A stretch of DNA of 64,000 nt from an uncultured Acidobacteriota bacterium (GTDB lineage Bacteria > Acidobacteriota > Vicinamibacteria > Fen-336). Positions within the stretch are counted from its first letter, which is position 1. Each line of letters begins with the position of its first letter. Shown one piece after another: positions 46,350 through 55,470 of the stretch. Under the pieces are notes generated by a model, which did no database searches, was not told where the DNA came from, and saw only the letters and a program-made list of their open reading frames with translations. The stretch covers positions 11,634-75,633 of the forward strand of contig CAZNNH010000009.1 in NCBI GenBank assembly GCA_964574335.1. The letters are read 5' to 3'. The position numbers and the translations under genes were made by a program.

Positions 46350-48149
46350 CGGAAAGGCGCGCTCCGCCTCGGGCGCGCGAGTGTAGAAGGACGCCTGTGC
46401 CTCCAGGCGGAAGCCGGCCTCGGGGAGGATCGGCGTCCGCATCTTGTCGATGTCCAGACGGGCCAGGAAGCGGTCCTCGCGTCCGTGCGGCTCTCCCAGC
46501 ACCGGGTTGCCGACCCGGACGTCGGCGTCGACGTGGCTGGTCTCGAAGCCGGCCCGGAGCTCGAAGTGGCGACCCGGCCCGATCCCGACGTCGACTCCGG
46601 CGCCGGTGCGCCGGGTCCGGTAGGTGGCTACCAGGGCGTCGTCGTGGAAGAGGTTCTGGGAGGTCTCATCGAAGAAGACACGGGGCGCCAGGAAGAAGCG
46701 TGGCCGCCCCACCGGGCGGTACAGCTCGGTGGCCACTCCCCGGCTCGACCCGGCCGCCAGGTCGACCCGCAGCTCGGATCCGACTCCGACCAGATCCGTC
46801 ACCGTGACCCGCGCGCCGAGATCGATGACCACGGCGCCCGGCTCGGTGGCGAGGTCCAGGGAGAAGTCGACGAAGGGCGGCGCGTGGGCCTTCTCCTGGA
46901 ACCGGACCAGCAGGCCCGGCCTTCCCCCGGCCTCGGTCGCCTCGTAGGTGGCGCTCTCGTAGCGCCCCGAGCCGATGATGCGGGTGAGCCTGTCCTCGAG
47001 GCGATCGGCGTCGAGGGGCACGGTCAGGGAGCGGGTCAGCGACGGGCCGAGGGCCTCGGCTTGCGGCGAGGGGATGCCCTCGACGCTCACGAAGACGGGC
47101 TCCTCGAGCGGCGCCGGGCGACGGGCGCGACGGGCGGCGAGGTGCTGCAGCCAGGCGGCCTGGTCGAGGCGCAGCGGCAGCAGTTGCTGGCTGGCCGCCG
47201 CCGCCGCCTGGTAGCCGCGCCGGATCAGCTCGGCCGCACGTCGGAAATCCAGGGAGTCGAAACCCTCGAGCTGCGGCTCGAGCACCAGGTCGGCGTCCTT
47301 CAGGGTGCGCCGGGTCGCCGAGTCCATCATCACCACCACCGAGCGGTTGACCAGGCCGGTCATCGAGAGGCTGGTGGGCTGGTGCAGGTTCTCGCCCACC
47401 GACACCGCCACCACCACGTCGGCGCCCATGGCGCGGGCCACGTCGGCCGGGACGTTCTTCAACACGCCGCCATCCACCAGCAGCCGACCCTGGTAGCGGG
47501 ACGGCGCGAACACACCTGGGATGGCCATGGTGGCGCGCAGCGCCTGGACCAGCGAGCCCTCGTGGAGCGCCAGCGCCTCGCCCCGCTCGATGTCCACGGC
47601 CACGCATCGGAAGGGGATGGGAAGGTCGTCGAACGACTCCCGGGCGGCATGGGGGAAGGCGATGCGGCTGAGGAGGAGACCGATCTGGTGGCCGGAGCTG
47701 AGGCCGCTGGGCAGCGAGAGGCCGCCGCGCAGCCCGAGCTCGACGTCCACCGGGTACTGGCGCCGGTCCTGCTTGCGGCGGAAGGTCCGCTGCGGGTACG
47801 GGACGTCGCTCTCGAAAAGCCTGTCCCAGTCGGCCTCCAGCAGCAGGTCACGGATCTCGGCCGCCGACATCCCGGTGGCGTAGCCGCCGCCGATCAGCCC
47901 GCCCAGGCTGGTGCCCGCCACGTAGTCCACGGGGATCCGGTTCTCTTCCAGCCAGAGCAGCACGCCGGCGTGAGCGATGGCGCGCGCGGCGCCCCCACCG
48001 AGGGCCAGGCCCACCCGTGGCCGCGACGCGGGATCGGCGAGCACGCGCTGCCCGCCCGGCAACAGGAAGACCGCCAGCGTGGCCGCGACGACGGCCAGCG
48101 CGGGTCGTCGCCTCGGCTCGCCCTGGCTCATGGGCGTCCACGTTAGCAC
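45924..48149 (-). CDS. Patatin-like phospholipase with C-terminal Omp85-type beta-barrel (PlpD-like, type Vd autotransporter)
   Basis: Signal peptide; GLALGGGAARAIAHAGVL (GxGxxG oxyanion), GTSLG (GxSxG nucleophile), catalytic DGG; C-terminal ~350 aa with alternating beta-strand pattern and FTLGGPFRLGAFAPDTFRG Omp85-like motif. Confidence 0.8.
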   Translation of the reverse strand: MLTWTPMSQGEPRRRPALAVVAATLAVFLLPGGQRVLADPASRPRVGLALGGGAARAIAHAGVLLWLEENRIPVDYVAGTSLGGLIGGGYATGMSAAEIRDLLLEADWDRLFESDVPYPQRTFRRKQDRRQYPVDVELGLRGGLSLPSGLSSGHQIGLLLSRIAFPHAARESFDDLPIPFRCVAVDIERGEALALHEGSLVQALRATMAIPGVFAPSRYQGRLLVDGGVLKNVPADVARAMGADVVVAVSVGENLHQPTSLSMTGLVNRSVVVMMDSATRRTLKDADLVLEPQLEGFDSLDFRRAAELIRRGYQAAAAASQQLLPLRLDQAAWLQHLAARRARRPAPLEEPVFVSVEGIPSPQAEALGPSLTRSLTVPLDADRLEDRLTRIIGSGRYESATYEATEAGGRPGLLVRFQEKAHAPPFVDFSLDLATEPGAVVIDLGARVTVTDLVGVGSELRVDLAAGSSRGVATELYRPVGRPRFFLAPRVFFDETSQNLFHDDALVATYRTRRTGAGVDVGIGPGRHFELRAGFETSHVDADVRVGNPVLGEPHGREDRFLARLDIDKMRTPILPEAGFRLEAQASFYTRAPEAERAFPLLAGTMVAATSVRRSDSLFATLRGGTALRESPPPIYRFTLGGPFRLGAFAPDTFRGRHFVYAHLGYLLSVGRLPDLLGGPVRLAAQVELGSAFDHASAARLEGCLTTGVALDTFLGPIFAGASLGNRGAFGVYVSVGRLLR

Positions 48150-48238
48150 AGGGGTCGCGGCCGGATGGGCTGCTATACTCGCGCCGTCTGTCGCCTCTCG
48201 TCACGCGACTACCGTCGCCCTTCGTCGGAGGAGGAACC

Positions 48239-49552
48239 ATGACCGCCAAAGCCTCGAGCCGCCGGGACTTCGTCAAGGCCCTCGCCGTCGGTGCCGTGCT
48301 GGCGCCCACCGCCAAGAGCTACGCGCGCATCCTGGGCGCCAACGATCGGATCTCGGTGGGCATGATCGGGATGGGACGGATGTCCCGGGGCCATCTGCAG
48401 AACCTGCTACTGGAGCCGGACGTCGCCCTCACCGCGCTGTGCGACGTGTTCGAGCCCAACCTGAGCTGGGCCAAGGCCCAGGTTCCGGATGCCGAGACCC
48501 ATGGCGACTTCCGGAGGGTGCTCGACCGCAAGGACGTCGACGCGGTGGTGGTCGGGACCCCCGACCACTGGCACGCGCTGGCCACGGTCATGGCCTGCGC
48601 AGCCGGCAAGGACGTGTACGTCGAGAAGCCCACCGCGGTCGGCGTGGTCGAGAGCCGCAAGATGGTCGAGGCGGCGCGCCGGCACCAGCGGATCGTCCAG
48701 GTGGGGACCCAGCAGCGCTCCGACCCCCACTTCCGCTACGCGGCCGAGCTGGTGAAGGGTGGCGCGCTGGGCGAGGTCACCTTCGTCCGCACCTGGAACT
48801 ACGGCAACGAATACCCGAAAGGGATCGGCAAGCCCGAAGACGGCCCGCCGCCGGCCGGCCTGGACTGGGACCTGTGGCTCGGGCCGGCCCCCGAGGTCCC
48901 GTTCAACGAAAACCGATTCGGCGTGTCGCTCGACGCGCAGGGCGAGTACCAGCGATGGGCCAGCTTCCGCTGGTTCTGGGACTACGCCGGCGGGATGATG
49001 ACGGACTGGGGGGTCCACCTGCTCGACATCGTGCAGTGGGCGATGGGCGTAGACCACCCGCAGTCGGCGACGGCGATGGGGGGCAAGTTCCAGCTCCAGG
49101 ACAACCGACAGACCCCCGACACGTTGCTGGCCACCTTCCAGTACCCCGGCTTCGTGTGCACCTACGAGAACCGGAGCTGCAACGGCCGGCCGCTCGAGGG
49201 GCACGGCTACGGGATCATGTTCCACGGCACCCGCGCCACGATGTTCGTGGACCGCGGCGGCTTCGAGATCACCCCCGAAAGCGGCAGCGACGCGGTACCG
49301 ACCCAGGCCCAGAGCCTCCCCGGCAGCCACCACCGGCACATCCGCAACTTCCTCGACTGTGTCAAGAGCCGGCAGGCCCCGGTCAGCGACATCGAGGTCG
49401 GCCACCGTTCCAGCCGCACCGCGATGCTCGGCAACATCGCCTACCGCACCGGACGCCTCATCCAGTGGGACGGCGAGAAGGAGACGATCGTGGGCGACGC
49501 CGAGGCCGCCAGGATGTTGGACATCCCGTACCGGGAGCCCTGGAAGCTCTAG
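48239..49552 (+). CDS. Gfo/Idh/MocA family oxidoreductase, TAT-secreted
   Basis: Twin-arginine signal SRRDFVKALAVGAVLAP; Rossmann ISVGMIGMGRMSRGHL, EKP motif DVYVEKP, GGxxxDxGxH motif GGMMTDWGVH. Start coordinate taken from ORF-track frame (+/-1 nt uncertainty). Confidence 0.8.
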   Translation: MTAKASSRRDFVKALAVGAVLAPTAKSYARILGANDRISVGMIGMGRMSRGHLQNLLLEPDVALTALCDVFEPNLSWAKAQVPDAETHGDFRRVLDRKDVDAVVVGTPDHWHALATVMACAAGKDVYVEKPTAVGVVESRKMVEAARRHQRIVQVGTQQRSDPHFRYAAELVKGGALGEVTFVRTWNYGNEYPKGIGKPEDGPPPAGLDWDLWLGPAPEVPFNENRFGVSLDAQGEYQRWASFRWFWDYAGGMMTDWGVHLLDIVQWAMGVDHPQSATAMGGKFQLQDNRQTPDTLLATFQYPGFVCTYENRSCNGRPLEGHGYGIMFHGTRATMFVDRGGFEITPESGSDAVPTQAQSLPGSHHRHIRNFLDCVKSRQAPVSDIEVGHRSSRTAMLGNIAYRTGRLIQWDGEKETIVGDAEAARMLDIPYREPWKL

Positions 49553-49585
49553 CCGGAAGACACGCCGCAGCGCGACCTGGTTCAG

Positions 49586-50308
49586 CTAGAAGCGCAGGCT
49601 GACGCCGCCGGACAGCTCGATCTGGTTCGAGTACTCGCCGCTGCCCGCCAGGTAGCAGCCCCACTGGGCGCCCGCGAACTCCCTGGCCTCGGGCTGGCAC
49701 CACCAGCCCGTCCCGCGGGTGTTGGCGGTCCCGCCCCGGATGGAGGAGGAGTACCAGATGTAGGTGGGGGTCCAGCGGGCGCCGAGGTTCAGGCCGAGCG
49801 TGCGGTTGGGGTAGAGCTTGACCCCCAGCCCCCAGGTGGTCGAGAACTTGGTCTGGCTGTTGATCTGCCGCGTGCCCCCAGTGTCGGCGTAGTCGAAGTC
49901 GCCGTAGCTGGTGGCGCCGGCGCCGGCCAGCAGGTAGGGGCGGACCGTGGAGTTGTGGTCTCCCAGATTGAAGGCGACATAGAAGTGATAGTTGTTGACG
50001 GGCAGGTCGTCGATCTCGACGGTCCGCGTGCCACTGACCTCGATCTTCGACTGCTGGCGGGCCCACAGCAGCCCGAGCTCGATCTTCGGCGTGGCGAAGA
50101 AGCCGACCTGGGCGCCGAAAGAGAGAGAGTCCTGGAGGCTGACCCGGTCGTAGACGTTGCCGTCGTCGGCCGCGACCCGTCCGCCGCCCACACCGTCCGA
50201 GAGCGTCCACCCGAGCCGCCCGCTGAACTCGACGATGGGATCCTGGGCCCACGCCGAAGACCCGACCAACACGCCCAGCCCGACCATCACCGCCAGCTTT
50301 GCCTTCAC
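49586..50308 (-). CDS. Outer-membrane beta-barrel protein (OmpA/OmpW-like porin family)
   Basis: Signal peptide MKAKLAVMVGLGVLVGSSAWA, alternating amphipathic strands rich in G/Y/T, C-terminal ...SGGVSLRF with terminal Phe. Confidence 0.6.
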   Translation of the reverse strand: MKAKLAVMVGLGVLVGSSAWAQDPIVEFSGRLGWTLSDGVGGGRVAADDGNVYDRVSLQDSLSFGAQVGFFATPKIELGLLWARQQSKIEVSGTRTVEIDDLPVNNYHFYVAFNLGDHNSTVRPYLLAGAGATSYGDFDYADTGGTRQINSQTKFSTTWGLGVKLYPNRTLGLNLGARWTPTYIWYSSSIRGGTANTRGTGWWCQPEAREFAGAQWGCYLAGSGEYSNQIELSGGVSLRF

Positions 50309-50457
50309 GTCATGCCTCCCGGAGCCGGGGCCCCCAATTGCGCGCCCGGCCGCCGTCCTTGGCGGCCCGCTCCTGCGGTGGGGCGCCTCGGACCTGGTGT
50401 TGCCGGGGCCTACTGTACCTCAGCCGGCGACCCCGCGACACCGGACCGCTCGGCCCT

Positions 50458-51364
50458 TCAAATGCCCTTGTAGACCAGCACCGGTCGGAGCCGCCGGACG
50501 ACGCGGGCGAGGTCGCTCTGCGCCCGCAGCACACACCTCAGGTCCTTGTAGGCGGACGGCGCCTCCTCGCGCAATGCCCGTGCCAGGCGATGGTCGAAGA
50601 AGATGCCCCGCGACTCGCGCGCCAACCTGGCCACGGAGATCTCGCGTCGGGCGGCCGAGCGCGAGAGTTGCCGGCCCGCGCCGTGGGCGCAGGATCCCAG
50701 CGATGCCGGGTTCCCCAGACCGACGACGTGGACGCTGAACGTGCCCATCGAGCCCGGCACCAGCCCGATCACACCGGCTCCCGCCGGGATCGCCCCTTTG
50801 CGGTGGACCCACAGCGTTTCGCTGCCGTGGGTCTCGCGACGCACGTGGTTGTGGTGGCAGCTCTCGAAGGTGTCCCAGAGCGGAGTCGCCTCTGCCACGT
50901 GGCCGAGCACCTCGGCGACCGCCTCCACCATCCGCCGGCGGCTCGCGTCGGCGTAGGCGAGGGCCCAGTCGACATCAGCCAGGTAGGATCGGCCGAGATC
51001 GCTCTCGGCCTCCAGGAAGCGCAGGCCGTGCCTCCCCACGCGGCAGCGACGCAGGTGGTGGGCCCGAATCGCCGGGCCGAGCCCACGGGAGCCGCTGTGC
51101 AGCATCAGCCAGAGCCGCCGCCGCGGCCGCCGCTTGGACGTCGAAGGCGATGGCCGCCATGCCGCAGCCGATATCGCCTCCCACCGCGCTGGGATAGAGC
51201 GTTCCGGATGTCGCGAGGACCGCGCCGACGCACACGTCCTCCGCCAGGTGGGCGTCCGGCATCAGCGCCACGTGACGCACGTTCTCGCTCTGTGCGAGCC
51301 GTTGGGCTGAGGCTCGGACTCCTTGCGGCAACGGCCCGTCGTGCCAGACGCGAAGGTCACCCAC
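50458..51364 (-). pseudogene. rtcB: RNA-splicing ligase RtcB: internally deleted (~110 aa missing between GCGM and HSGSRG) and frameshifted
   Basis: N-fragment (GTG 51364, AGGAGA RBS 6 nt upstream) encodes VALMPDAHLAEDVCVGAVLATSG...VGGDIGCGM. After a frame change at ~51105 the C-fragment encodes MLHSGSRGLG...CHHNHV...GSMGT...SCAHGAGR...VYKGI. The segment containing the conserved GNHF metal-ligand region is absent. Confidence 0.6.
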
Positions 51365-51719
51365 GATCCATCTCCTGCTCGGGCACGACTCGAAACGCCA
51401 GGTCCGGCGCGCGCTTGCGGTGGACGGCCCGGGCGACCTCGGCGCGCAGCCACGGCTTCTTCTCGCCAAGGGCAACGAAGGCGGCCTCGATACCTGCGAT
51501 GCCCGCGCCGCTTGGCAGCACGAGGCTCACCAGCAAGCGCCGCCCTGGTGCCGGATCCACGGACGCCACCCAGGCACCGTCGAGACGCGGGTCCGACGTC
51601 TCTTGGGCCAGGGCCAGGACCAGCGCCTCCTGGGCCTGGCGGCAAAGCGCACGGTCACGATGTCGTGGCCGCGGCGACTCCAGGCCGAAGAACAGGCCCG
51701 CCGAGTCGACGTCCTGGCA
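51357..51719 (-). CDS. RbfA-like (ribosome-binding factor A fold) small protein, translationally coupled to rtcB remnant
   Basis: GTG 51719; GLESPRPRHRDRALCRQAQEALVLALAQETSDPRLDGAWVASVDPAPGRRLLVSLVLP...LRAEVARAVHRKRAPDLAFRVVPE parallels the RbfA pattern (GRPQRVAQEMQKEIALIL..IKDPRL...V.VS.D....KVYV...LR.ELAK.L.LR.VPEL.F). Stop overlaps rtcB start. Confidence 0.35.
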   Translation of the reverse strand, partial: CQDVDSAGLFFGLESPRPRHRDRALCRQAQEALVLALAQETSDPRLDGAWVASVDPAPGRRLLVSLVLPSGAGIAGIEAAFVALGEKKPWLRAEVARAVHRKRAPDLAFRVVPEQEMDRG

Positions 51720-52082
51720 CACGTCGTCCGAGTCCGGAGACCTCGGCCTCCGCCGTCTTTTGAAAGTCACAAGACCTCGTGGACGCCACGGGGCGCACGA
51801 ACGCGCCACGGACGCCGAGCTATGGGTTCGTAGTCAGGAGCCTGGCCCGGACTCGGGCCGGAGGAGTGCGACTACCGGCCGAGACGAGCGAGGCCCGATT
51901 CGGTCGCGCTGCAGTACGCAAGCATCCGGGGCCTCCTTTCCTGCACGCGCGGCATTGGCGCGCGGATCGCCACGATACGGCCCGGCGCGCTCCGGTGTCA
52001 AGAGATTTCTAGCCGTGGGTCACCGGACCGGCGATAAACCCTGGCCTCCCCCCGAGCGTCTCAGCTTCGACAGGAGGAGCGC

Positions 52083-52892
52083 ATGAGACAGCTTCTGGCC
52101 CTGGTAGTGCCCCTGGCCCTGCTGGCCGGGACGGCCGACGCCCAGCCCCTTTTCCGGACGATCGAGAACGACCCGTGGTGCCGCGAGGTGGGCCGCAACT
52201 CCCACCAAGAGACGTGGTGTGAGGTCCGGGAGGCGACGCTGCCGGCCACGGAGGGCCGGATCGAGGTGGACGCCAGCCCGAACGGCGGTGCCAAGGCGGA
52301 GGGCGCGGACCGCAGCGACATCCGGCTGCGTGTGATGGTCGTGGCCCGGGCCGACACCGAGACCGAGGCGCGTGAGCTGGCCTCGGAGGTCGAGGTGGTG
52401 ACCCGTCCCACGATCCGCACCGAGGGGCCCAGGACGCACCCGCGTGGCGCTCACTGGTGGGCCTCGTTCGAGGTCACGGTCCCTCGCCGTTCCAGCCTGA
52501 GGCTGACCTCGGTGAACGGGCCCGTCGCGGTCACCGGTGTCGACGGTCAGGTCGAGCTTGAGACCGAGAACGGTCCGGTCACCGTGTCCGGGTCGGGTGG
52601 CCACGTGAGGGGCCGGACCGAGAACGGCCCGGTGACCGCAGAGCTGACCGGCACCGCCTGGAAGGGTGAGGGCCTCGACCTCGAGACGGTCAACGGCCCG
52701 GCCGTGATCCGGATCCCCAGCGACTACAACGCCCGGCTGGAGACCGGCACCGTCAACGGTCCCCTCGACCTGTCGTTTCCGCTGACGGGCCAGCTCAGGT
52801 CCAAGGGCGACATCGAGGCGACGCTGGGCGACGGCGGCACCCTGCTGAGGGTGCGGACGACCAACGGTCCGGTTCGCGTGGGGCGGCCGTAG
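52083..52892 (+). CDS. Secreted DUF4097-like putative adhesin (beta-helix with repeated NGPV strands)
   Basis: Signal peptide MRQLLALVVPLALLAGTADA; six repeats of (V/E)NGP(V/L) every ~20 aa typical of DUF4097/YvlB-like proteins. Confidence 0.55.
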   Translation: MRQLLALVVPLALLAGTADAQPLFRTIENDPWCREVGRNSHQETWCEVREATLPATEGRIEVDASPNGGAKAEGADRSDIRLRVMVVARADTETEARELASEVEVVTRPTIRTEGPRTHPRGAHWWASFEVTVPRRSSLRLTSVNGPVAVTGVDGQVELETENGPVTVSGSGGHVRGRTENGPVTAELTGTAWKGEGLDLETVNGPAVIRIPSDYNARLETGTVNGPLDLSFPLTGQLRSKGDIEATLGDGGTLLRVRTTNGPVRVGRP

Positions 52893-52980
52893 CACCAGGT
52901 CCTCTTCGGCATCCTGGGGGGCCGGACGGGGCCCCCCGGTCCCTCGTCCGGGGCCGCTCAAGGTCATCACAGGTGAGAAC

Positions 52981-55470
52981 ATGACGAGCCAGCCTGCCCT
53001 CCTCGATGCCCTGCTCCAGGACCTTCGCTTCGGCCTGAGGCAGCTCCTGCGCTGGCCGGGCTTCTCTCTGCTGGTGGTGGCGACGCTCGCGGTGGGTATC
53101 GGGGCGAACGTGGCCATCTTCTCGGTGCTCAAGGGCGTCGTGCTCCGCCAGCTCCCCTACCCGGACCCCGAGCGGCTGGTCGCCGTCTGGGAGAGGCCCC
53201 CGGACAAGCACTGGCACCAGCCCTTCAGCTCTCCCGACTACCTCGACGTGCGCGAGCAGGCCGAGAGCCTCGAGGAGATCGGCGTGCTGCGGGGCCGCTT
53301 CTTCAACCTCGCCGGTGAGGCCGAGCCCGAGCGGGTCGCCGGGGGCGCCTGCACGCCGAGCCTGCTCAAGCTGCTCGGTGTGGCCCCGGCGCTGGGGAGG
53401 CTGTTCACCGAGGACGAGCAGGTCGAGGGGAACCACCGGGTGGTGATCCTGAGCCACCAGCTCTGGCAGAGTCGATTCGGCGGCCGGGCCGACGTGGTGG
53501 GTCGGTCGATCGACGTTGACGGGGAGCCCCACGTCATCGTCGGCGTCATGCCGGAGAGCTTCGAGTTCCCGACGCCCTGGGGCGGCCGGGACGAGAGCCG
53601 GCTGTGGGCGCCGCTGCTGCTCCCCCGGGAGGACTCGGCGCGCGGCAGTCATTCCTACGGGGCGGTGGCCCGGCTGGCTGACGGCGTCACGCCCGAGAGG
53701 GCAGAGGCCGAGCTCCAGGCCATCGCGGGCCGGCTGGCCCAGGCCCACCCGGACACCAACGCCCGCGTCACCATGTGGGTCGAGCCGGTGATGCAACGCA
53801 CCCTCGGCGGCATCCGCTCGGCCCTGACCTTCCTCTCGGCGGTGGTGGCGCTGGTGCTGCTGGTGGCCTGTGCCAACGTCGCCTCCATGCTGCTGGCCCG
53901 CGGCACCCAGCGGATGCCGGAGCTGGCGGTGCGCGCCTCCATCGGCGCGCCGCGGGGCCGGCTGGTCCGCCAGCTCCTCACGGAGAGCTCGATCCTCTCC
54001 CTGCTCGGCGGTCTTCTCGGGGTGCTGCTGGCCTACTGGGGCGTCTTTGGGCTCAAGGCGATCCTTCCGGGCACCGTCCCGCGGGTGGCCGGGATCCAGA
54101 TGGACCCGGCGGTGCTCGGCTTCGCGGCGCTGGTGACGGCCGCCACCAGCGTCTTCTTCGGCCTGGCCCCGGCCCTGGTCTCCTCCCGCACCGACCTGGT
54201 CTCCGACCTGGCGGGCCGCGCCGGACGTTCAGGTGGTCGCAGTCGCAGCCGGTTCCTGGCCTCCCTCGTGGTCATCCAGCTCGCCATCGGCTTCGTGCTG
54301 GTCAACGCCGCCGCCGTGCTGCTGGCCAGCTACGACAACGTCGTCTCCCAGCGGCTGAACTTCGAGACCGACAAGACCCTGGTCGCCGGCATCTCGGCCA
54401 CCGGGCCGGCCTACGAGGAGCCTCAGGCGCGCCTCGCCTTCTTCCAGGAGCTGCGCGAGCGGGTCCGAGCGCTGCCCGGCGTCGTCGCCGTCGGCATCAC
54501 GACCAAGCTGCCGCTGCGAGGCGGCAGCAACGGCGGGGTCCTGGTCAAGGACCAGGTCTTCGACCCGACGGTGGAGCGCGAGCTGGTGGAGCACTCCTTC
54601 GTCGACGACGGCTACCACCAGGCCATGGGGATCGCCCTGCTCGCCGGCAGGACCCTGGACCAGGCAGACCTGGACCACGCCTCCGCGGCCGCCGGTCTGG
54701 ACGTCTCGCCGGTCGAGCTGCCGCTGGTGATCAACCGGACCATGGCGGAGAAGCTGTGGCCCGGGGAGTCAGCCATCGGACAGGTGGTGCGCAACAACGG
54801 GGCGGAGGAGAGCTATCGGGCGCGAGTGGTCGGCGTCGTCGAGGACGTCCGGCAGTGGGGCGCCGAGAGAGAGCCGCTGCCCGAGATGTACCTCCCATAC
54901 ACCTCCGAGGCGTGGGGGGCGTACTGGGCGGCCCAGAGCAAGCTGGTGGTACGTGCCGGCGGCGACCCGCGGGGGCTCGTCTCCGGCATCCGGGCGACCC
55001 TGCATCAGGTCGACCCCCACGTCCCGCTTGCGGACGTCGCCACCATGGGCGAGGTGGTCCACCTGGTGACGGGCAGGCGGCGCTTCTCGGTGCTGCTGGT
55101 GGGGCTGTTCGCGCTGACCGCGCTGATCCTGAACGTCGCCGGCCTGTACGGAGTCATGTCCTACGCCGTGACCCAGCGCACCCACGAGATCGGCGTCCGG
55201 GTGGCGCTGGGCTCCAGCCGGGGCCGGCTGTTCCGTCTCTTCCTGACCGGCGCCTCACGCCAGCTCCTGGCCGGCCTGGCGGTCGGCCTCGCCGGAGCCC
55301 TCGCCGCGGCGACCACCCTGCGGAGCATGGTCTACGGGGTCAGCGTGTGGAACCCGACCTTCATGCTGGTGGCCGCCGCCGTGATGGCCGTGGTCGTCTT
55401 GGTGGCCGTCCTGGCGCCCGTGGCCCGGGCGGCCCGGGTCGATCCGGTCCAGGCGCTGCGAAACGAGTGA
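52981..55470 (+). CDS. ABC transporter permease, duplicated FtsX/MacB-type (ADOP-like) orphan permease
   Basis: 829 aa; two MacB-periplasmic plus FtsX TM modules (TM bundles at ~aa 290-420 and ~aa 700-829); ends ...VDPVQALRNE like MacB permeases; no adjacent ATPase. Confidence 0.85.
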   Translation: MTSQPALLDALLQDLRFGLRQLLRWPGFSLLVVATLAVGIGANVAIFSVLKGVVLRQLPYPDPERLVAVWERPPDKHWHQPFSSPDYLDVREQAESLEEIGVLRGRFFNLAGEAEPERVAGGACTPSLLKLLGVAPALGRLFTEDEQVEGNHRVVILSHQLWQSRFGGRADVVGRSIDVDGEPHVIVGVMPESFEFPTPWGGRDESRLWAPLLLPREDSARGSHSYGAVARLADGVTPERAEAELQAIAGRLAQAHPDTNARVTMWVEPVMQRTLGGIRSALTFLSAVVALVLLVACANVASMLLARGTQRMPELAVRASIGAPRGRLVRQLLTESSILSLLGGLLGVLLAYWGVFGLKAILPGTVPRVAGIQMDPAVLGFAALVTAATSVFFGLAPALVSSRTDLVSDLAGRAGRSGGRSRSRFLASLVVIQLAIGFVLVNAAAVLLASYDNVVSQRLNFETDKTLVAGISATGPAYEEPQARLAFFQELRERVRALPGVVAVGITTKLPLRGGSNGGVLVKDQVFDPTVERELVEHSFVDDGYHQAMGIALLAGRTLDQADLDHASAAAGLDVSPVELPLVINRTMAEKLWPGESAIGQVVRNNGAEESYRARVVGVVEDVRQWGAEREPLPEMYLPYTSEAWGAYWAAQSKLVVRAGGDPRGLVSGIRATLHQVDPHVPLADVATMGEVVHLVTGRRRFSVLLVGLFALTALILNVAGLYGVMSYAVTQRTHEIGVRVALGSSRGRLFRLFLTGASRQLLAGLAVGLAGALAAATTLRSMVYGVSVWNPTFMLVAAAVMAVVVLVAVLAPVARAARVDPVQALRNE

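Noticed and set aside
46485-48146. 553-aa plus-strand ORF antisense to patatin gene
   Set aside because: Shadow ORF; patatin frame has GxGxxG/GxSxG/DGG triad.
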